Positions 32,422 through 45,547 are shown, counted from the first letter of the stretch. The stretch is DNA of 64,000 nucleotides from an uncultured Gemmatimonadaceae bacterium (GCA_963843845.1 CAWJMB010000002.1:544001-608000); one strand, 5' to 3'. Notes: generated by a model not told the origin, from the letters alone. Program-made: numbers and translations.

Positions 32422-35075
32422 TCAGCGCCGCGCCGCCGCGGCGCTGTCCGCCGCCGCCTCGGCGCGGTAGCGCGCCGCGCGCGCGGGGGTGCCTAACGAA
32501 TCGTAGACGATGACCAGGTCGCGCCGCGCGTACTGCAGCCACTGCACCGAGGCGTCGGCCTGCCTCGTCACGATCGCGTAGCCGGTCTCGAGGTGCGGCG
32601 CCGCGTCGGCCCACCGCGTCGCCTTCGTCAGCGTGTGACCGAGCTTGATCTGCACGATGCCGAGGTCGAGGTGATCCGGCGTGAGCGCGTCGGTGTAGAT
32701 GGCGAGCGCTTCGCGGTACGTCCGCTCGGCGTCCGCGTACCTCCGCTGCGCGTGGTAGACGCTCGCGAGGTTCGACAGCGCGGTGCCGACGAGGCGGTGC
32801 CGCGGGCCGTTCGTCGCGCGGTAGATGTCGGCCATGCGCTGAAAGTCGGCCGCCGCCTCGGTGTAGCGGTCCTGCTGCAGCGCGATGTGTCCGAGCTCGT
32901 TCACCGTCGCCGCGACGAGCGGGTGCGACGGCCCGTACGCGCGCTCGCGGATCTCGAGCGCGCGGCGCAGCACGACGGTGGCCTCGTCGTAGCGCTGCGC
33001 GAACGTGAGCGCGTCGCCGAGCGACGTGAGGACGAGCGCGGTCTGGAGGTGGTCGTTGCCGTACCACCCCTGCGTGACGTCGAGCGCCGCGCGCAGATAG
33101 CGCTCGGCGTCGGCGTACCGGCCGCGCGCCTGCGCCGTCTGCCCGAGCGTGACGAGGTTCTTCGCGACGTCGGGGTGCCGCTCGCCGTGCAGCCGACGCG
33201 CCGCGTCGAGGGCGCGACGCCCGACCGAGTCCGCCGCGTCGTAGCGGCTCGCCGCGACGTAGACCTGCGCCAGCTCGCCGAGCGTCGCGGCCAGCTCCGG
33301 GGTCGTCGAATCGCCGCGCGACTGGATGCGCACGGCGTTCGCGTAGGCGGCGATCGCGCCGTCGTTCGTTCCTCGCTCGAGCAGCACGCGCCCGAGCGCC
33401 GCCTCGGCGCGGGCGACGGTCGCGTGGTCGTCGCCGAACGCCGCGCGGGCGCGGGCGAGCGCGGCGCGCACGAGCGACTCCGCCTCGGCGAGCCGCGCCT
33501 CGTCCACGCGGAGCAGTCCGAGCGCGGACGTGGCGTCGACGATCGCTGCCGGGCGGCCGCTCCGCTGCCGGAGGGCGAGCGCCCGGCTGAGCGCCGTGTC
33601 GGCGCTCGCGAGGCGGCCGAGCCGCTGGAAGAGCCCGCCCAACGTGGCGTACAGCTCCGCCTGCACCGCCGGCTCGGCGGCGAGGGCGCGCGCCTCGCGC
33701 ATGCCGTCGTCGACGCAGCGTCACGACGCGCAGCGTGTCGGCCGGCCCGGCCTCGGCGTCGCCGCCGCTGAAGAGGCTGAGCATGAATCGCTGCATGCGC
33801 TGCGTGCGCGCCGCCTCGGCGACGGCGGCGTTGCGTGCGGCGGCGAGGCGCAGCGTGTAGAACGTCGCGAGCCCGAGGGCGAGCGCGGTCGCAGCGGCCG
33901 TCGCGGCGACGGCGGCGCGGTGGCGGCGCACGAACTTCGCCGGCGCGATAGGCGGGCGAGTCGGGACGCGCCTCGAGCGGCTCGCCGGCGAGGAAGTGGT
34001 CGACGTCGCGCGCCAGCGCCTCGACGGTCGGGTAGCGGCGCGCCGGCTCCTCGTGCATCGCGCGTCAGGCAGAGCACGTCGAGATCGGCCGCCATCGCGC
34101 GCGGCCGTGCCCGAGCGCATCGGCCGAGCCGCGCTGCGCGACCGACGGCGGCGGCTCCTGCTCCAGGATCGCCGGGCCGCCGGGCATGCGTCCTCGAGAG
34201 TCGAACGGGAGCCGCCCGCGAGCAGCTCGTAGAGCACGACGCCGAGCGCATAGACGTCGGTGTGCACGCCCAGCGCGGTCGCCGCGCAGCTGCTCCGGTG
34301 CGGCGTAGGCAGGCGTCATCAGGCGCAGCCCGGTCCGCGTCAGCTCGGCCGGCGCCGTCGACGAGCTCGAGCTGCTTGGCGATGCCGAAGTCGAGCAGCT
34401 TCACCGTGCCGTCGCCGCGTCACGAGGATGTTCGACGGCTTGAGGTCGCGGTGGATGATCGCGTGCTGGTGCGCGTGCTGGACGGCGTCGCAGACAGTCG
34501 CGAAAGAGCCGCAGGCGCTCGGCGACCGTCAGCGCGTGCGTGTCGCAGTAGCGCGTGCAGCGGCACGCCCTCGACGTACTCCATCACGAACCACGGCGTG
34601 CCGTCGGCGAGCGTGCCGGCGTCGTACAGCCGCGCGATCGATCGGGATGATCGAGCTGCGCGAGCGCGCGCTGCTCGCTCGGCGAACCGCGCGCGCCGCG
34701 CCGGCGACAGCCAGGCGTCGCGCAGGACCTTGACCGCGGCTCGGCGGCCCAGGTCGTCGCGCTCGGCGAGGTAGACGACGCCCATCCCGCCCTCGCCGAG
34801 GAGCCGCTCGACGCGGTAGCGGCCGAACGTGCGTGCGGGGCAGCGCGGTGCGCGCGGTGGGCGCGCTCAGCACCGCGCGCGGCGAGCGGCGCGAGGCCGT
34901 CGTCGAGCAGCGAGTCGCCGTCGCGCGTCCTCGTCGAGCATCGCCCGAACCTGCGCGCAGCAGGTCGTCGTCGCTCCCGCACGCCGCGTCGAGGAACGAC
35001 TCGCGGTCCGCGTCGGCCGAGCGCGGCGGCGTCGTGGAAGACGCGCTGGATGCGCTCCCACCGCGCCGCGGTCAT
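32422..35075 (-). CDS. Membrane Ser/Thr protein kinase with C-terminal TPR repeats; multiple frameshifts
   Basis: [77 protein letters not shown]; TPRs (HP.VA..L..LG) across several frames. Confidence 0.85.
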
Positions 35076-35086
35076 CGGCGCGCCCC

Positions 35087-35607
35087 TCACGCCGGCGCCC
35101 GCAGCTCGCGCGCGAGCCAGGCGCGGGCGGCCCGCCAGTCGCGCAGCACGGTCGCTTCCGAGACGCCGAGCAGCTCGGCCGTCTCCGCGACGTCGAGCCC
35201 GCCGAAGAAGCGGCTCTCGACGAGCGTCGCCTGACGCGGGCTGATGCGCGCGAGCGCGCTCGAGCGCCGCGTCGAGCGCGAGCAGTCGTCCTCGGACGGC
35301 GCGATCGCGAGTGCAGCGCCTCGTCGAACGTCACGACGGCGCCGCCCCCGCCGCGCTTTTCGGCGTGCCGCCGGCGCGCCGCTTCGACGAGCACCTGCCG
35401 CATCGCGCGCGCGGCGATGCGCTTGAAGTGCAGCGGCGACGTGTGGGCGACGGCCGGCGCGCCGGCCAGCTTCAGCCACGCCTCGTTCACGAGCGCGGTC
35501 GGGTTCAGCGTCGCGCTCGGGTCGCCGCGCCGCACGCTGACGGCGAGCCGCCGCAGCTCCTCGTACGTCGCGCTGAACAGCGCGTCGAGCGCGTCGCGGT
35601 CGCTCAC
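35087..35607 (-). CDS. ECF sigma factor, kinase-associated type (TIGR02999-like); frameshifted
   Basis: LFSATYEELRRLA...TLNPTALVNEAWLKL...AARAMRQVLVEAARRR.AEKRGG...RFFGGL...VSEATVLRDWRAARAWL. Confidence 0.88.
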
Positions 35608-35617
35608 CGCGTCGTCA

Positions 35618-35836
35618 TCAGCCGGCGTACACGACGTCGCCGTCGTCGTCGATGCCGAGCTCCTGGTGCGTGCCGCACACACCGCAGACGAGCCTCGCCG
35701 TCCACTCGGCGCGCAGCTCGCGGCGGATCGACTCGTCGGCGGGCTTCACGGCGACCTTCTTGTAGCTGTACTCGCGGCAGTGCACGCAGGCGTGCGCCCG
35801 CGCGACGCGCTCGGCGCGCTCTCTCGTGATCGGCAC
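35618..35836 (-). CDS. Small Zn-ribbon protein (CxxC...CxxC)
   Basis: CVHC...CGVC, 72 aa, in operon context. Confidence 0.75.
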   Translation of the reverse strand: MPITRERAERVARAHACVHCREYSYKKVAVKPADESIRRELRAEWTARLVCGVCGTHQELGIDDDGDVVYAG

Positions 35837-35848
35837 GGAGCGGCGCGC

Positions 35849-36973
35849 CTACCCCTCGTCCGAGCTCTGCCCGACGACGGGATGCTCGGCGGCAGGATGC
35901 TCGGCGACGGGCCCGCGGCGAGGCGGGCGACGGCCAGCGCGTCCGACTTGCGCGCCGCGGCGGCGCGGTCGAGCGACCGGTCTGCCGCCACGGCGTCGCC
36001 GGCGCGCAGCACCTCGCGCAGCCCGCCTAACGCGCCCATCACGCCGCTCGCCTCGGCCGGCAGGAAGATCGTCGAGCCTTTGCCCTGCGCGAGCTGCGGC
36101 AGCGCCTCGAGATACTTGAGCCCCAGCAGGTACATCGCGGCGTCGTCCTTCGGGGAGCGACAGCGCGATGCGTGCGCACCGCCTCGCGCCTCGGCTTCGG
36201 CCATCGCGAGGCGCGCTTCGGCCTGCCCCTGCGCGCGCAGCATCGCCGCCTCCTTCTCGCCCTCGGCGCGCGCGGATCTGCGCCTCGCGCTGCACCCTCG
36301 GCCTCGAGCACGGCGGCGCGCTTGCTCGCCTCGGCGTTCGTCACGGCGGCGCGGCGCTCGCGCTCGGCGCGCATCTGCAGCTCCATGGACTGCTGGATGT
36401 CGCGCGGCGGCTCGATCGCCTGCAGCTCGACGCGCGTGACGTCGACGCCCCAGCCGATCGACGCCTCCTCGATGACCTCGCGCATCCGCGTGTTGATCAT
36501 GTCGCGGCTGGCGAGCGTCTGGTCGAGCTCCATGTCGCCGACGATGTTGCGCAGCGTCGTCCTCGTCAGCGTCTCGAGCGCGTACGGCAGGTTCTGCACC
36601 GCGTACGTCGCCTTCTGCGGGTCGGCGACGCGGTAGTAGAGCACCGCGTCGATGTCGATCGTGACGTTGTCCTTCGTGATGACCGGCTGGCTCGGGAAGT
36701 TCAGCACCTGCTCGCGCAGGTCGATGCGCGACGTCGTGCCCGCGGTGACCTTCTTGATGCCCGGTGACGTCGGCCTCGAGGTAGCGCACGTCGATCGCGC
36801 GCGGCCGCTCGACGAACGGGATCAGGATGTTGAACCCCGAGTGCGCGATGCGGTGGAAGCGGCCGAGCCGCTCGACGACCATGACCTCGGCCTGGCCGAC
36901 GATCTTGAACGAGCTCGTCGCGATGAAGGCGACGAGCAGCGAGGATGACGCCGAGAATGATGAGACCGGCCAT
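35849..36973 (-). CDS. SPFH/band-7 (stomatin/QmcA-like) protein; frameshifted
   Basis: VVERLGRF, QPVITKDNVTIDIDAVLYY, TTLRNIVG.MELDQTL.SRD.IN, QMRAERERRA. Confidence 0.88.
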
Positions 36974-37063
36974 GCCGTAGCTCCGGAAGCGAGAGGGGAT
37001 CAGTGAAAACGTAGTACCCCGCTCGAGCGTGCGGTGCGCGTTCTGCGATCGCCCGACGAACGC

Positions 37064-37967
37064 TCAGCGATTGCCGTACGGCCGCGCCGGGACCGACTTC
37101 AGGTACGCGTAGACCGCGCGAATCTCGTCGTCGTCATCCGCCGCGCTCGCCTTCCACGGCATGATGCTGTCGATCGGGGAGCCGTCGGGGCGGCGGCCGG
37201 TGCGGAGCGCGCGCTTGAAGTCGTCCTCGCTCCACTGCGCGAACGCCCCCGACGGCGTGAGGTTCGCGGCCGGCTTCCACTCGGGGGGGGTGCCCGGAAT
37301 CTTGCCGCCGGAGAGCCCGGCGCCGTGACAGCCGGTGCAGCCCCCGGCGTCGGCGAGGTAGTTCCCGTACTCCGCGGTCGCCGCCGGCGTCACGCGCGCG
37401 GTCGACGGACGCGTGTGGTCGATCGCCGCGGCGTCGACGAGCGGGAGCTGCCCGGTCGCCCAGAGCACGCGGGCGAGCAGGTGCAGCTCGCTCGCCGGCA
37501 GGTCCGCTCCACCGCCGGCCGCGTCCGCAGGTAGGCGATGATCGCCCCGATGTCGTCGTCGGCCAGCGCGATGTAGTCGCGCGACGGCATGATCATGAGC
37601 CCACGCCCGTCGCGCGCCACGCCGTGCCGCACGGCGCGCGCGAACTCCGCGTCGCTGTAGGCGCCTAACGCGCCGCCCGTCGTGAGGTTCGTCGCGACGA
37701 TGCGGCCGAGCGCGGGGTCGTCGATGAAGACCCGGCCACCGAGTCGGCGCCGTGACACTCGCCGCACTTGCCGATGGATTCCACGAGGTGCGCTCCGCGC
37801 GCGACGGTCGCCGAGTCGGTGGCGACGGGAACGGGTCGCGCGGCCACGTCGTACCGGCGACTCGCGCGCGACGCGGTGACGGCGTAGACGGTGCCGACGG
37901 CGACGAGCAGGAGCGCGACGATGCCGCCGACGAGATAGGCGAGCCGACGAAGCCAGGGATTTCGCAT
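37064..37967 (-). CDS. Membrane-anchored diheme c-type cytochrome; frameshifted
   Basis: N-terminal TM helix; two heme motifs CGECHG and CTGCHG; ANLT repeats; MP motifs. Confidence 0.85.
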
Positions 37968-38101
37968 GGATCGCGAGGTGGGGGAGAATACGGAGGGGCG
38001 AAGTACGGATACGGTGCGTTCTGCGGGCCGGTTTCGCGAGTCATCGGTGTCGGAGCGCTCCTCCGTGGCGATTTCATCGCGCGGCGGGCATCATTGGCGG
38101 C

Positions 38102-41100
38102 ATGAGCAGCTCCGGTCCGTCCTCCCCTCCGTCCGACTCCACGCTCGCGCCCTCCTCCGAGCTCGACGTGCTCCGGCGCGCGATCGGCGGCCAGTACGAC
38201 GATCGAGCGGCTGCTCGGCGCCGGCGGGATGGGGAGCGTGTACCTCGCGCGCGACGTCACGCTCGACCGGCCCGTCGCGATCAAGGTCATCGTCCCCGAG
38301 CTGGCCGCCTCGGCGTCGGTGCGCGAGCGCTTTCTGCGCGAGGCGCGCACGGTCGCGCGGCTGCGGCACCCGAACGTCGTCGCCGTCTACGCGGCTGGCG
38401 AGGCCGAAGGGCATGCTGTACTTCGTCATGGAGTACGTGCCTGGCGAGAGCCTGCGCGACCGGCTCGCGCGCGGCCGCTACGACGACGCGGCCGCGGTGG
38501 CGGCGCTGCGCGACCTGGCGCGGGCGTTGGGCGCCGCGCACGCGCAGGGAATCGTGCACCGCGACGTGAAGCCGGAGAACGTGCTGCTCGACGCGGAGAC
38601 CGGGCGCGCGATGCTCACCGATTTCGGCGTCGCGCGCGCGCTCGACGCGGCGGGCGCCGACGAGCGGATGACGGGCACCGGGTTCGTCGTCGGCTCGCCG
38701 CGCTACATGAGCCCCGAGCAGGCCGCCGGCGAGCGCGAGCTCGACGGGCGGAGCGATGTCTACTCGTTGGGCCTCGTCGGCTACGAGATGTTCGCCGGCG
38801 AGCCGGCCGTGAGCGGCGGCAGCGCGGCGTCGATCATCATGCGGCAGATCACCGAGCGCCCGGCGCCGCTGACGGCGCGCAACGACCACGTGCCGCCGGC
38901 CGTCGCCGGCGTCATCGAGCGGGCGCTCGAGAAGAAGCCGGAGGACCGCTGGGCGACCGCGGGGGAGATGGCGGAGGCGCTCGATGCGGCGTTGCGGGAC
39001 CGGGGGTGAGAACGGCCGCACTGCCGGGGATCGGCCATGGGGGACGAGGTGCGTCGACCGTCCCGATCCCCGACTCCCGATCCCCGATCCGCCGGCTCGT
39101 CCCGACGCCGCCGGCCCTTCCTCGCGGCGGCGGCCGCGCTCGCCCTCGTGATCGTCGCGGCGGGCGCCTGGTGGACCGTCGGACGCGGCACCCGCCCCCC
39201 GCGCGGCGTCGACCCGCGCAAGTCGTACCTCGTCGCGCCGTTCGACGTGCAGAGCGGGGACCCGCAGCCTCACGTGGCTGCGCGAAGGGGCGGTCAGCAT
39301 GCTGTCGCTCGACCTCGCGCAGTGGCGCGACCTGACGATCGTCGACTACGAGCGCGGGCTCGACCTGCTGCGCGACCTCGGGCTCGACGACGTGCGTCGT
39401 ATCGGTCGCGACGACGCGATCCGGCTCGCGAAGGCGGCGGGCGTGTGGACCGTCGTGACCGGGCGCGTCATCGACGTCGCCGACTCGACGCTCGTCGTCG
39501 CGACGGTCTACGACGTGGCGAGCGGCGCGAAGGTCGACTCCGCGCAGGCGAGCGCGCTGCGCACCGCCGACCCGCGCCCGCTGTTCGACGCGCTCGCTCA
39601 GCGCCTGCTGCGACCTCGCCGGCGCGCCGGGTGCCTCGCAGCAGGCGCTCGCGCAGCAGCTCACCACCTCGGTCGACGCGTACCGCGACTACCTCGGCGG
39701 CGTGCGCGCGCTCAACGGGTGGCACTTCGTGCTCGCCGACTCGCTGTTCGCCGAGGCGACGCGCGCCGATTCGTCGTTCGCGCTCGCCTACTACAAGCGC
39801 GCCCTCACGTGGGGGTGGTGGAAGGCGGGGGACACGACGCAGAAGGCGCTCATCCGCAGCGCCGTGCAGAACGCCGGCCGCCTCCCGCCGCGCGAGCGTG
39901 GCATGCTCGACGCCTATGCGACGTTCGCGACGGCGATGTACGAGGAGGGCGACTCGACGACCAAGCTGCGCCGCTTCGCCGAGGCGCAGCGGAAGTGGGC
40001 GGCCGCCGTCGCGCGCGACACGACCGACGCCGAGGCGTGGTACGGGCTCGGCGACGCGTACTACCACGACATGGTCGGCAACTGGCTCGACTCGCTGTCG
40101 CTCGATCATCTCACGCGCGCGCTCGCCGCGTTCGACCGCACGCTCGCACTCGACTCGTCGTTTCACCTCGCGTACTCGCACAAGCTCGGCATCTTCCAGC
40201 TCGCCGGCGCGCCGCAGTCGCTGCTCGTGCTCGACGGTGGCGTCGCGCGCTCGCTGAACGACCCGGCGACTCGCCAGGCGTTTCCCCCGCCGCGCCTCGC
40301 CGAGGCGAAGGCGCGGGCGAAGGCGTTAGGCATCCGCGAGGCGCGCGCGTGGGCCGCCGCGGACCCGGTGCCGCAGGCGTTCCTGCAACTCTCGCTGGCC
40401 TACCTGCCGGCACACCGGGACTCGTCCGCCGCCGTCCTCGACGAGGGGGTGCGTCGACTCGGCGTGCGGGAGGCGACGGCACTGCTCCTCGTCCGGCCGA
40501 CGGTCATCGCGCACCTCGACCCGGCGCGCGCGACGGCGCTCGCGCACGAGGTCGTCCGCACCGTCGACTCGGCGGCGATCGAGCGCGCGGGCGGGTCGGA
40601 GCGCTTTCAGGAGGTGCTCCTCGTCATGCCCATCGCGGCGATGGGCGGGCGGGTGAGCGACATCGATTCGCTCGCGCGGCTGGCGGTCTCGGTGCGGCCG
40701 CCGGCGCCGGCGCCGGACGTCGCGATGGTCCCGCTGATTCGTGGGTGGGCGGCCGGGATGCAGCTCGCCGCGGGCGCGCCGATCGCCTCGGTTCGCGCGC
40801 CGCTCGACGCCGGCTTCGCGTCGATCGAGCGCATCCGCGGCCCGCTCGGGAATCAGATGCGGCGCCAGCTCGTGCCCGCCGCCTACGTCGCGTTCGCGGC
40901 GACGCGCGAGCCGCGCTACGCGGCGATGGTGCGCCGCTGGCTCGCCAGCCCTGACACGACGACGTGGGCCGAGGTCGCCGCCCTCTCGGCGCTCGCCGCA
41001 GGAGACACGGTCGGTGCGCGCGCCGCGGTGCGCCGCTTCCCGTCGATCGACTCCGTGCGCGCGTCGGGCGCGCTGGTGAACGCGGCGCGGTGGGTGGTGC

Positions 41101-41411
41101 GCGGCGAGATCTACGCGGCGCTGGGCGACGCGCGCCAGGCGCTCGCGGCCTACGAGCTCATCGACCCGTCGCGCTTCGGCGACTCGAACGGCTTCGACCC
41201 GAACCTCGTGTTCTCGGTGCGGGCGGTGCTCGCCCGCGCTCGCCTGCGCGAGCAACTCGGCGACCGCGCGGGCGCGGCGACCGACTACGAACGATTCATC
41301 ACCTGGTGGCGCAACGCCGACCCGGCGGTGCAGACCCAGCTGCGTGAAGCGCAGGCCGGGCTCGCGCGGGTGCGCGACGCGCGCGCGTCACAGTCCGTCG
41401 GGCCGCGATAG
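38102..41411 (+). CDS. Ser/Thr protein kinase with TM helix and TPR-like C-terminal region; multiple frameshifts
   Basis: [58 protein letters not shown] segment; [20 protein letters not shown]. Confidence 0.85.
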
Positions 41412-41531
41412 CACGAGGTCTCGCTCGTCCGCTGCCGGCGGTGCACCGCCGCCCTGGGCACGACCGCGACGCTCTCCGGCGTCCCGGTCGGCCGGCGCCG
41501 GGACGCGGGGCCGTTCGGCCGTCACCGTCGC

Positions 41532-42413
41532 TCACCGCCCGAACGCCATCAGCATCGCCCCGGCGAGCACCAGCCCGACCCCGACTCCCCTCGCCCGACT
41601 CACCCGCTCGCCCAGCAGCCTCGCCCCGAACGCCACCCCGGCCGCGATGCTGATCTGCCGCAGGCCGACGACGTACGTCGACCCCCCGCTCCGAAGCGCG
41701 ACGAGCGCGAGGCCGTAGCTGAGCGTGTTCAGCACCCCGACCGCCACCGCCGCTCGGCCGTGCTGCCGCCACTCGGCTAGGAGGGCGTCGCGGCCATAGC
41801 GGCGCCACGCCCACGCGAGGTAGCACGCCCCAGCGAGCGCCGTGTAACCGTAGAAGTACACGAACAGGCTCACCGCGCGCACCGAGAGCTTGTCCCAGAT
41901 CGTGCCCGCGGCGAGCAGGAGGGCGAGCAGCAGCGCGAACAGCGTGGCCGGCCCGCGCGCGTGGACGAAGAAGCCGCGCGCCGCGGCCCGCGTGAGCTGC
42001 GGCAGCTGCATGACGACCACGCCGGCGAGGATCGCACCGATCGCGACCCACGCCAGCGGCCCGACCCGCTCGCCCAGCACGAACCAGCCGAGCGCCGGCA
42101 GAAAGAGCAGCGCACCGCCGCGCGCGATCGGGTAGATGAACGAGAGATCGCCGTGGCCGTACGCCGCCGCGAGCGCCCCGTACGTCGCGAGGACGATGAC
42201 CGTCGCGACGACGACGTACGGCTCGACGCCGCGCATCACGCCCGGCGGCGACAGCCACAGCAGGGCGAGGAACACCGGCAGGTAGACGACCGCCTCAGAC
42301 GCCTTGCTGATCCCGACGAACGCGTGCGACCCGCCGGCGCGCTTCATCAGGTAGTTCCAGTACGCGTGCATCACGGCGGACGCGAGCACGAGGAGCACGG
42401 ACGTGAGGGTCAT
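41532..42413 (-). CDS. DMT/EamA family transporter
   Basis: About 10 TM segments; SAVMHAYWN, GDLSFIYPIARG, LLGE. Confidence 0.9.
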   Translation of the reverse strand: MTLTSVLLVLASAVMHAYWNYLMKRAGGSHAFVGISKASEAVVYLPVFLALLWLSPPGVMRGVEPYVVVATVIVLATYGALAAAYGHGDLSFIYPIARGGALLFLPALGWFVLGERVGPLAWVAIGAILAGVVVMQLPQLTRAAARGFFVHARGPATLFALLLALLLAAGTIWDKLSVRAVSLFVYFYGYTALAGACYLAWAWRRYGRDALLAEWRQHGRAAVAVGVLNTLSYGLALVALRSGGSTYVVGLRQISIAAGVAFGARLLGERVSRARGVGVGLVLAGAMLMAFGR

Positions 42414-42443
42414 GGCGGCCGGGAATCGGGAAGCCCCGACCGT

Positions 42444-43530
42444 TCACGGCACCCAGTCCGCCACGAACAGATTCGTCGACGTCTCGATCGGCGCGTGGCG
42501 GTTCGACGCCCAGACGAGACGGCGGCCGTCGGGGCTGAACATCGGGAAGCCGTCGAACGTGCCGTTCGTCGTGACCTGCTCGAGCCCCGAGCCGTCGAGG
42601 TTCACGAGGAACAGATCGAAGTTGCCGCTGCGCGGGTTCTTGTAGTTCGACGAGAAGATGATCCGGCGCCCGTCCGGCGTCCACGACGGGCCGAAGTTCG
42701 CGCCGCCTAACGTCGTGATCTGCCGCTGGTCGCTGCCGTCGGCGTTCATCACCCACAGCTCCATCCGACTCGGCCGCACCATGCGCTCGGCGAGGAGGGC
42801 GCGGTAATCCGCGAGGCCGGCGTCGACGGGGTGCCAGGCGCGGTAGACGATCTTCGTGCCGTCCGGGCTCCACCACGGGCCGCCGTCGTAGCCGGGTGTC
42901 GTCGTCAGCCGCCGGACGTTCGACCCGTCGACGTTCATCGTGTAGATGTCGAGATCTCCGTCCTTGAGCGACGTGAACACGATGCGCGTGCCGTCGGGCG
43001 AGACGACCGCCTCCGCCGTGTAGACGCCGTACGTCGTGAGGCGCCGAACGTCCGAGCCGTCGCGACGCGCCGTGTAGATGTCGTAGTCGTCGAGCTTCCA
43101 CACGTAGCCCTTCGACTTGTCCGGCGGCGCCGGACAGCCGCGCGCGTTGTCGTGCGTCGAGCCGAACAGCACCCGCTCGTCGTCGCCGTAGAAGAAGCCG
43201 CACGTCGTCTTTCCCTCGCCCGGCGAGACGCGCGTGAGCGCGCCGCCGTCGGCCACGCGCAGCACGTACTGCTGGTCGCAGCCCTCGCCGTCGACGCGCC
43301 CCTGGAACGTCAGCGACTTCCCGTCGCGCGCTGAAGTACGACTCGGCGTTCTCGCCGCCGAACGTGAGCTGCCGGACGTTCGTCAGATGGCGCTCGCCGC
43401 TGTCGGCGGCGACGGCGCGCAGGCCGGTCGGGATGCGCTGCGAGGCGGGGAGCGTCTCACCGGTCGAGACGGTGACCGTGCGGGTGCAACCGGCGACGAG
43501 AACGGCGGCGAAGACGAGGCGGCGAGACAT
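42444..43530 (-). CDS. TolB-like PD40 beta-propeller lipoprotein; frameshift at about 43330
   Basis: Lipobox LVAGC; QLTFGGENAESYFS, YDGGPWWSPDG, FDGFPMFSPDG. Confidence 0.88.
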
Positions 43531-43581
43531 ACGGACGTGATGGGCGGACGAGGAACGGCGGACGGACGGAGCGCAGGATGC

Positions 43582-43619
43582 CGAAGCGGCGCGTGCAGAA
43601 GGTTGCACGCGCCGCTTCG
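43582..43619. terminator. Hairpin downstream of the S41 peptidase
   Basis: CGAAGCGGCGCGTGCA/TGCACGCGCCGCTTCG perfect 16-bp stem. Confidence 0.6.
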
Positions 43620-43653
43620 ATTTCGGTCCTCCGGAGTTTTCCGGACTGGCTGC

Positions 43654-45244
43654 TTACCGCGCCGGGCGGGCCGCGCTCTGCGCGAGCGTGAACAGATCCT
43701 TCTGCGTCTGCCCACTCTTGAGCAGGTCGAGCGCGCGCAGCAACTGCGTATCGTCCTTGAGGCGATGACGCACCGCGGTCGTATCGCCCAACGCGATCTG
43801 CGCGATCCGCAGCTCGAGTGCGCGGTCGATGTACGCGCGCCCGGCGTCCCATGTCGCGCGGTCGATGTTGGCCTTCGCCGCCTGGAGCTTCGTCCACAGC
43901 TCCTCACGCCACTGCGGCTGCACGGTGAAGTTCTGCGGCAGCGTTCCCTTGAGCGAGAAGCCGAGTTCCGTGATCGAGCGCGCGAAGTCGGGGGCATGCG
44001 GGACGATCGCCTCGGGCGAGCGTCTGCTCGGCCGTCGTCATCGTGTCCGGCCGGACGACGACGTCGGGGGTGATCGCACCGCCGCCGTAGACGACTCGGC
44101 CCGCGTCGCTGCGGAAGGTCGGCCGAGCCTTCTTCGCCGAGTCGCTCTCGAGCGAGTCGGGGTGCGTCTCGACGAACTGGCCGTCGATCAGCTTGCGCTC
44201 CTTCTGGATCGACCGGCCGCTCGGCGTATACCACTTCGCGGTCGTCATCTTGAGCGCGTAGCCGCCGTCGAGCGGGAAGACGGTCTGCACGAGTCCCTTG
44301 CCGTACGACGTCGTGCCGACGACGAGCGCGCGGTCGTGGTCCTGCAGCGCGCCCGCGACGATCTCGGATGCGCTGGCCGAGCCGCCGTTCACGAGCACGA
44401 CGAGCGGGATCGTCGGGGCGATCGGGTTCTGCGTCGCCGAGAAGCCCTGCCCCTCGCCGCCGCGGTCGCGCACGGAGAGGATCGGCTGCCCGCGGCGCAG
44501 GAACAGGTTGCTCATCTCGATCGCCTGCTCGAGGATGCCGCCCGGGTTGTCGCGCAGGTCGATGACGACGCTCTTCGCCCCCTTCGCCTCGAGCGCCTTG
44601 ATCGCCGCCGACACGTCGCTCGACGTCTGCTCGCTGAACCGGTCGACCGGGATGTAGCCGATCGAGTTGTTCTCGAACGCCATCGAGAAGCGCACCGCCG
44701 GCACCTGGATCGGGCGGCGCGTGAACGTGTCGGTGATGAGCGCCGCGACGCCCGGGCGCTGGAACGACACCTTCACCTTCGTGCCCGGCGCGCCGATGAG
44801 GAGGTTCTGCACCTGCGTCGTCTTGAAGTTGCGCGTCGAGGCGGTGTCGATCTGGACGATGCGGTCGCCCTCCTCGATGCCGGCCTCTTCGGCCGGCGTG
44901 TTGTGGAACACGCGGGCGACGGTGACCCACCCGCTCTGCTCGGTGATCTCCATCCCGAGCCCGGCGTAGCGGCCGCTCGTGTTGCGCGAGAACTCCTCGA
45001 TCTGCTTCGGCGTGAAGAGCTCGGTGTACGGGTCCTCGAGCTCGCGCACGAGGCCGCGCGCCGCCTTCTCGTAGAGCGTCGGGGCCTGCACCGTGTCGAC
45101 GAAACGGTTCGCGACGAGGTCCATGACCTGCCCGAGCAGTTGCGGACCACCGGTGCGTGCGCGCGATTGCAGCATCCAGCCGCCCGCGAACAGTGGCACG
45201 GCGCCGAGGGTGACGAGCGTGAGGGTCCGGCGCGTGAATCGCAT
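43654..45244 (-). CDS. ctpA: Carboxyl-terminal processing protease (S41, CtpA-like); frameshift at about 44015
   Basis: LEDPYT, PDZ domain, DLRDNPGG, SASASEIVAGALQD, GKGLVQ, WYTPSGRSIQ. Confidence 0.92.
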
Positions 45245-45295
45245 GGGAGCGGTGCGGATGTTTGTTGAAACGGCGACTGATGGTGGTACTGACGC

Positions 45296-45499
45296 CTAGC
45301 GCCCATGTTCCGTTGCGGAACGCGTGCCGGGCGGTCCGTCCTCGGCGCCGAGCGCGAGGACCTCGCGCCAGGTGAGCGCGCGGCCGATCCGGAAGCGTTT
45401 CGCGGTGACTCTGATACCGTGCGGGCTGATCGTGACGGTGTGCGGCTCGCCGTCGATGAGGAGCTCGCGCTTGAGCGTGCGGGTCAGTGGAAGCGGCAT
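45296..45499 (-). CDS. Small hypothetical protein
   Basis: 67-aa ORF (TLKRELLIDGEPHTVTISPHGI...LTW) in operon context. Confidence 0.6.
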   Translation of the reverse strand: MPLPLTRTLKRELLIDGEPHTVTISPHGIRVTAKRFRIGRALTWREVLALGAEDGPPGTRSATEHGR

Positions 45500-45547
45500 C
45501 TGGCTCCGGTCAGGGCGCGGTGGACTTCGTCGGTGCGGCTCGCCCTC

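Noticed and set aside
33700..39700. Cluster of frameshifted genes (two kinases, ECF sigma, SPFH, cytochrome c) as a pseudogene island or programmed frameshifting
   Set aside because: Breaks are 1-2-base indels in GC runs with motifs and codon bias intact across unrelated genes, typical of low-coverage long-read consensus error; needs read-level confirmation.
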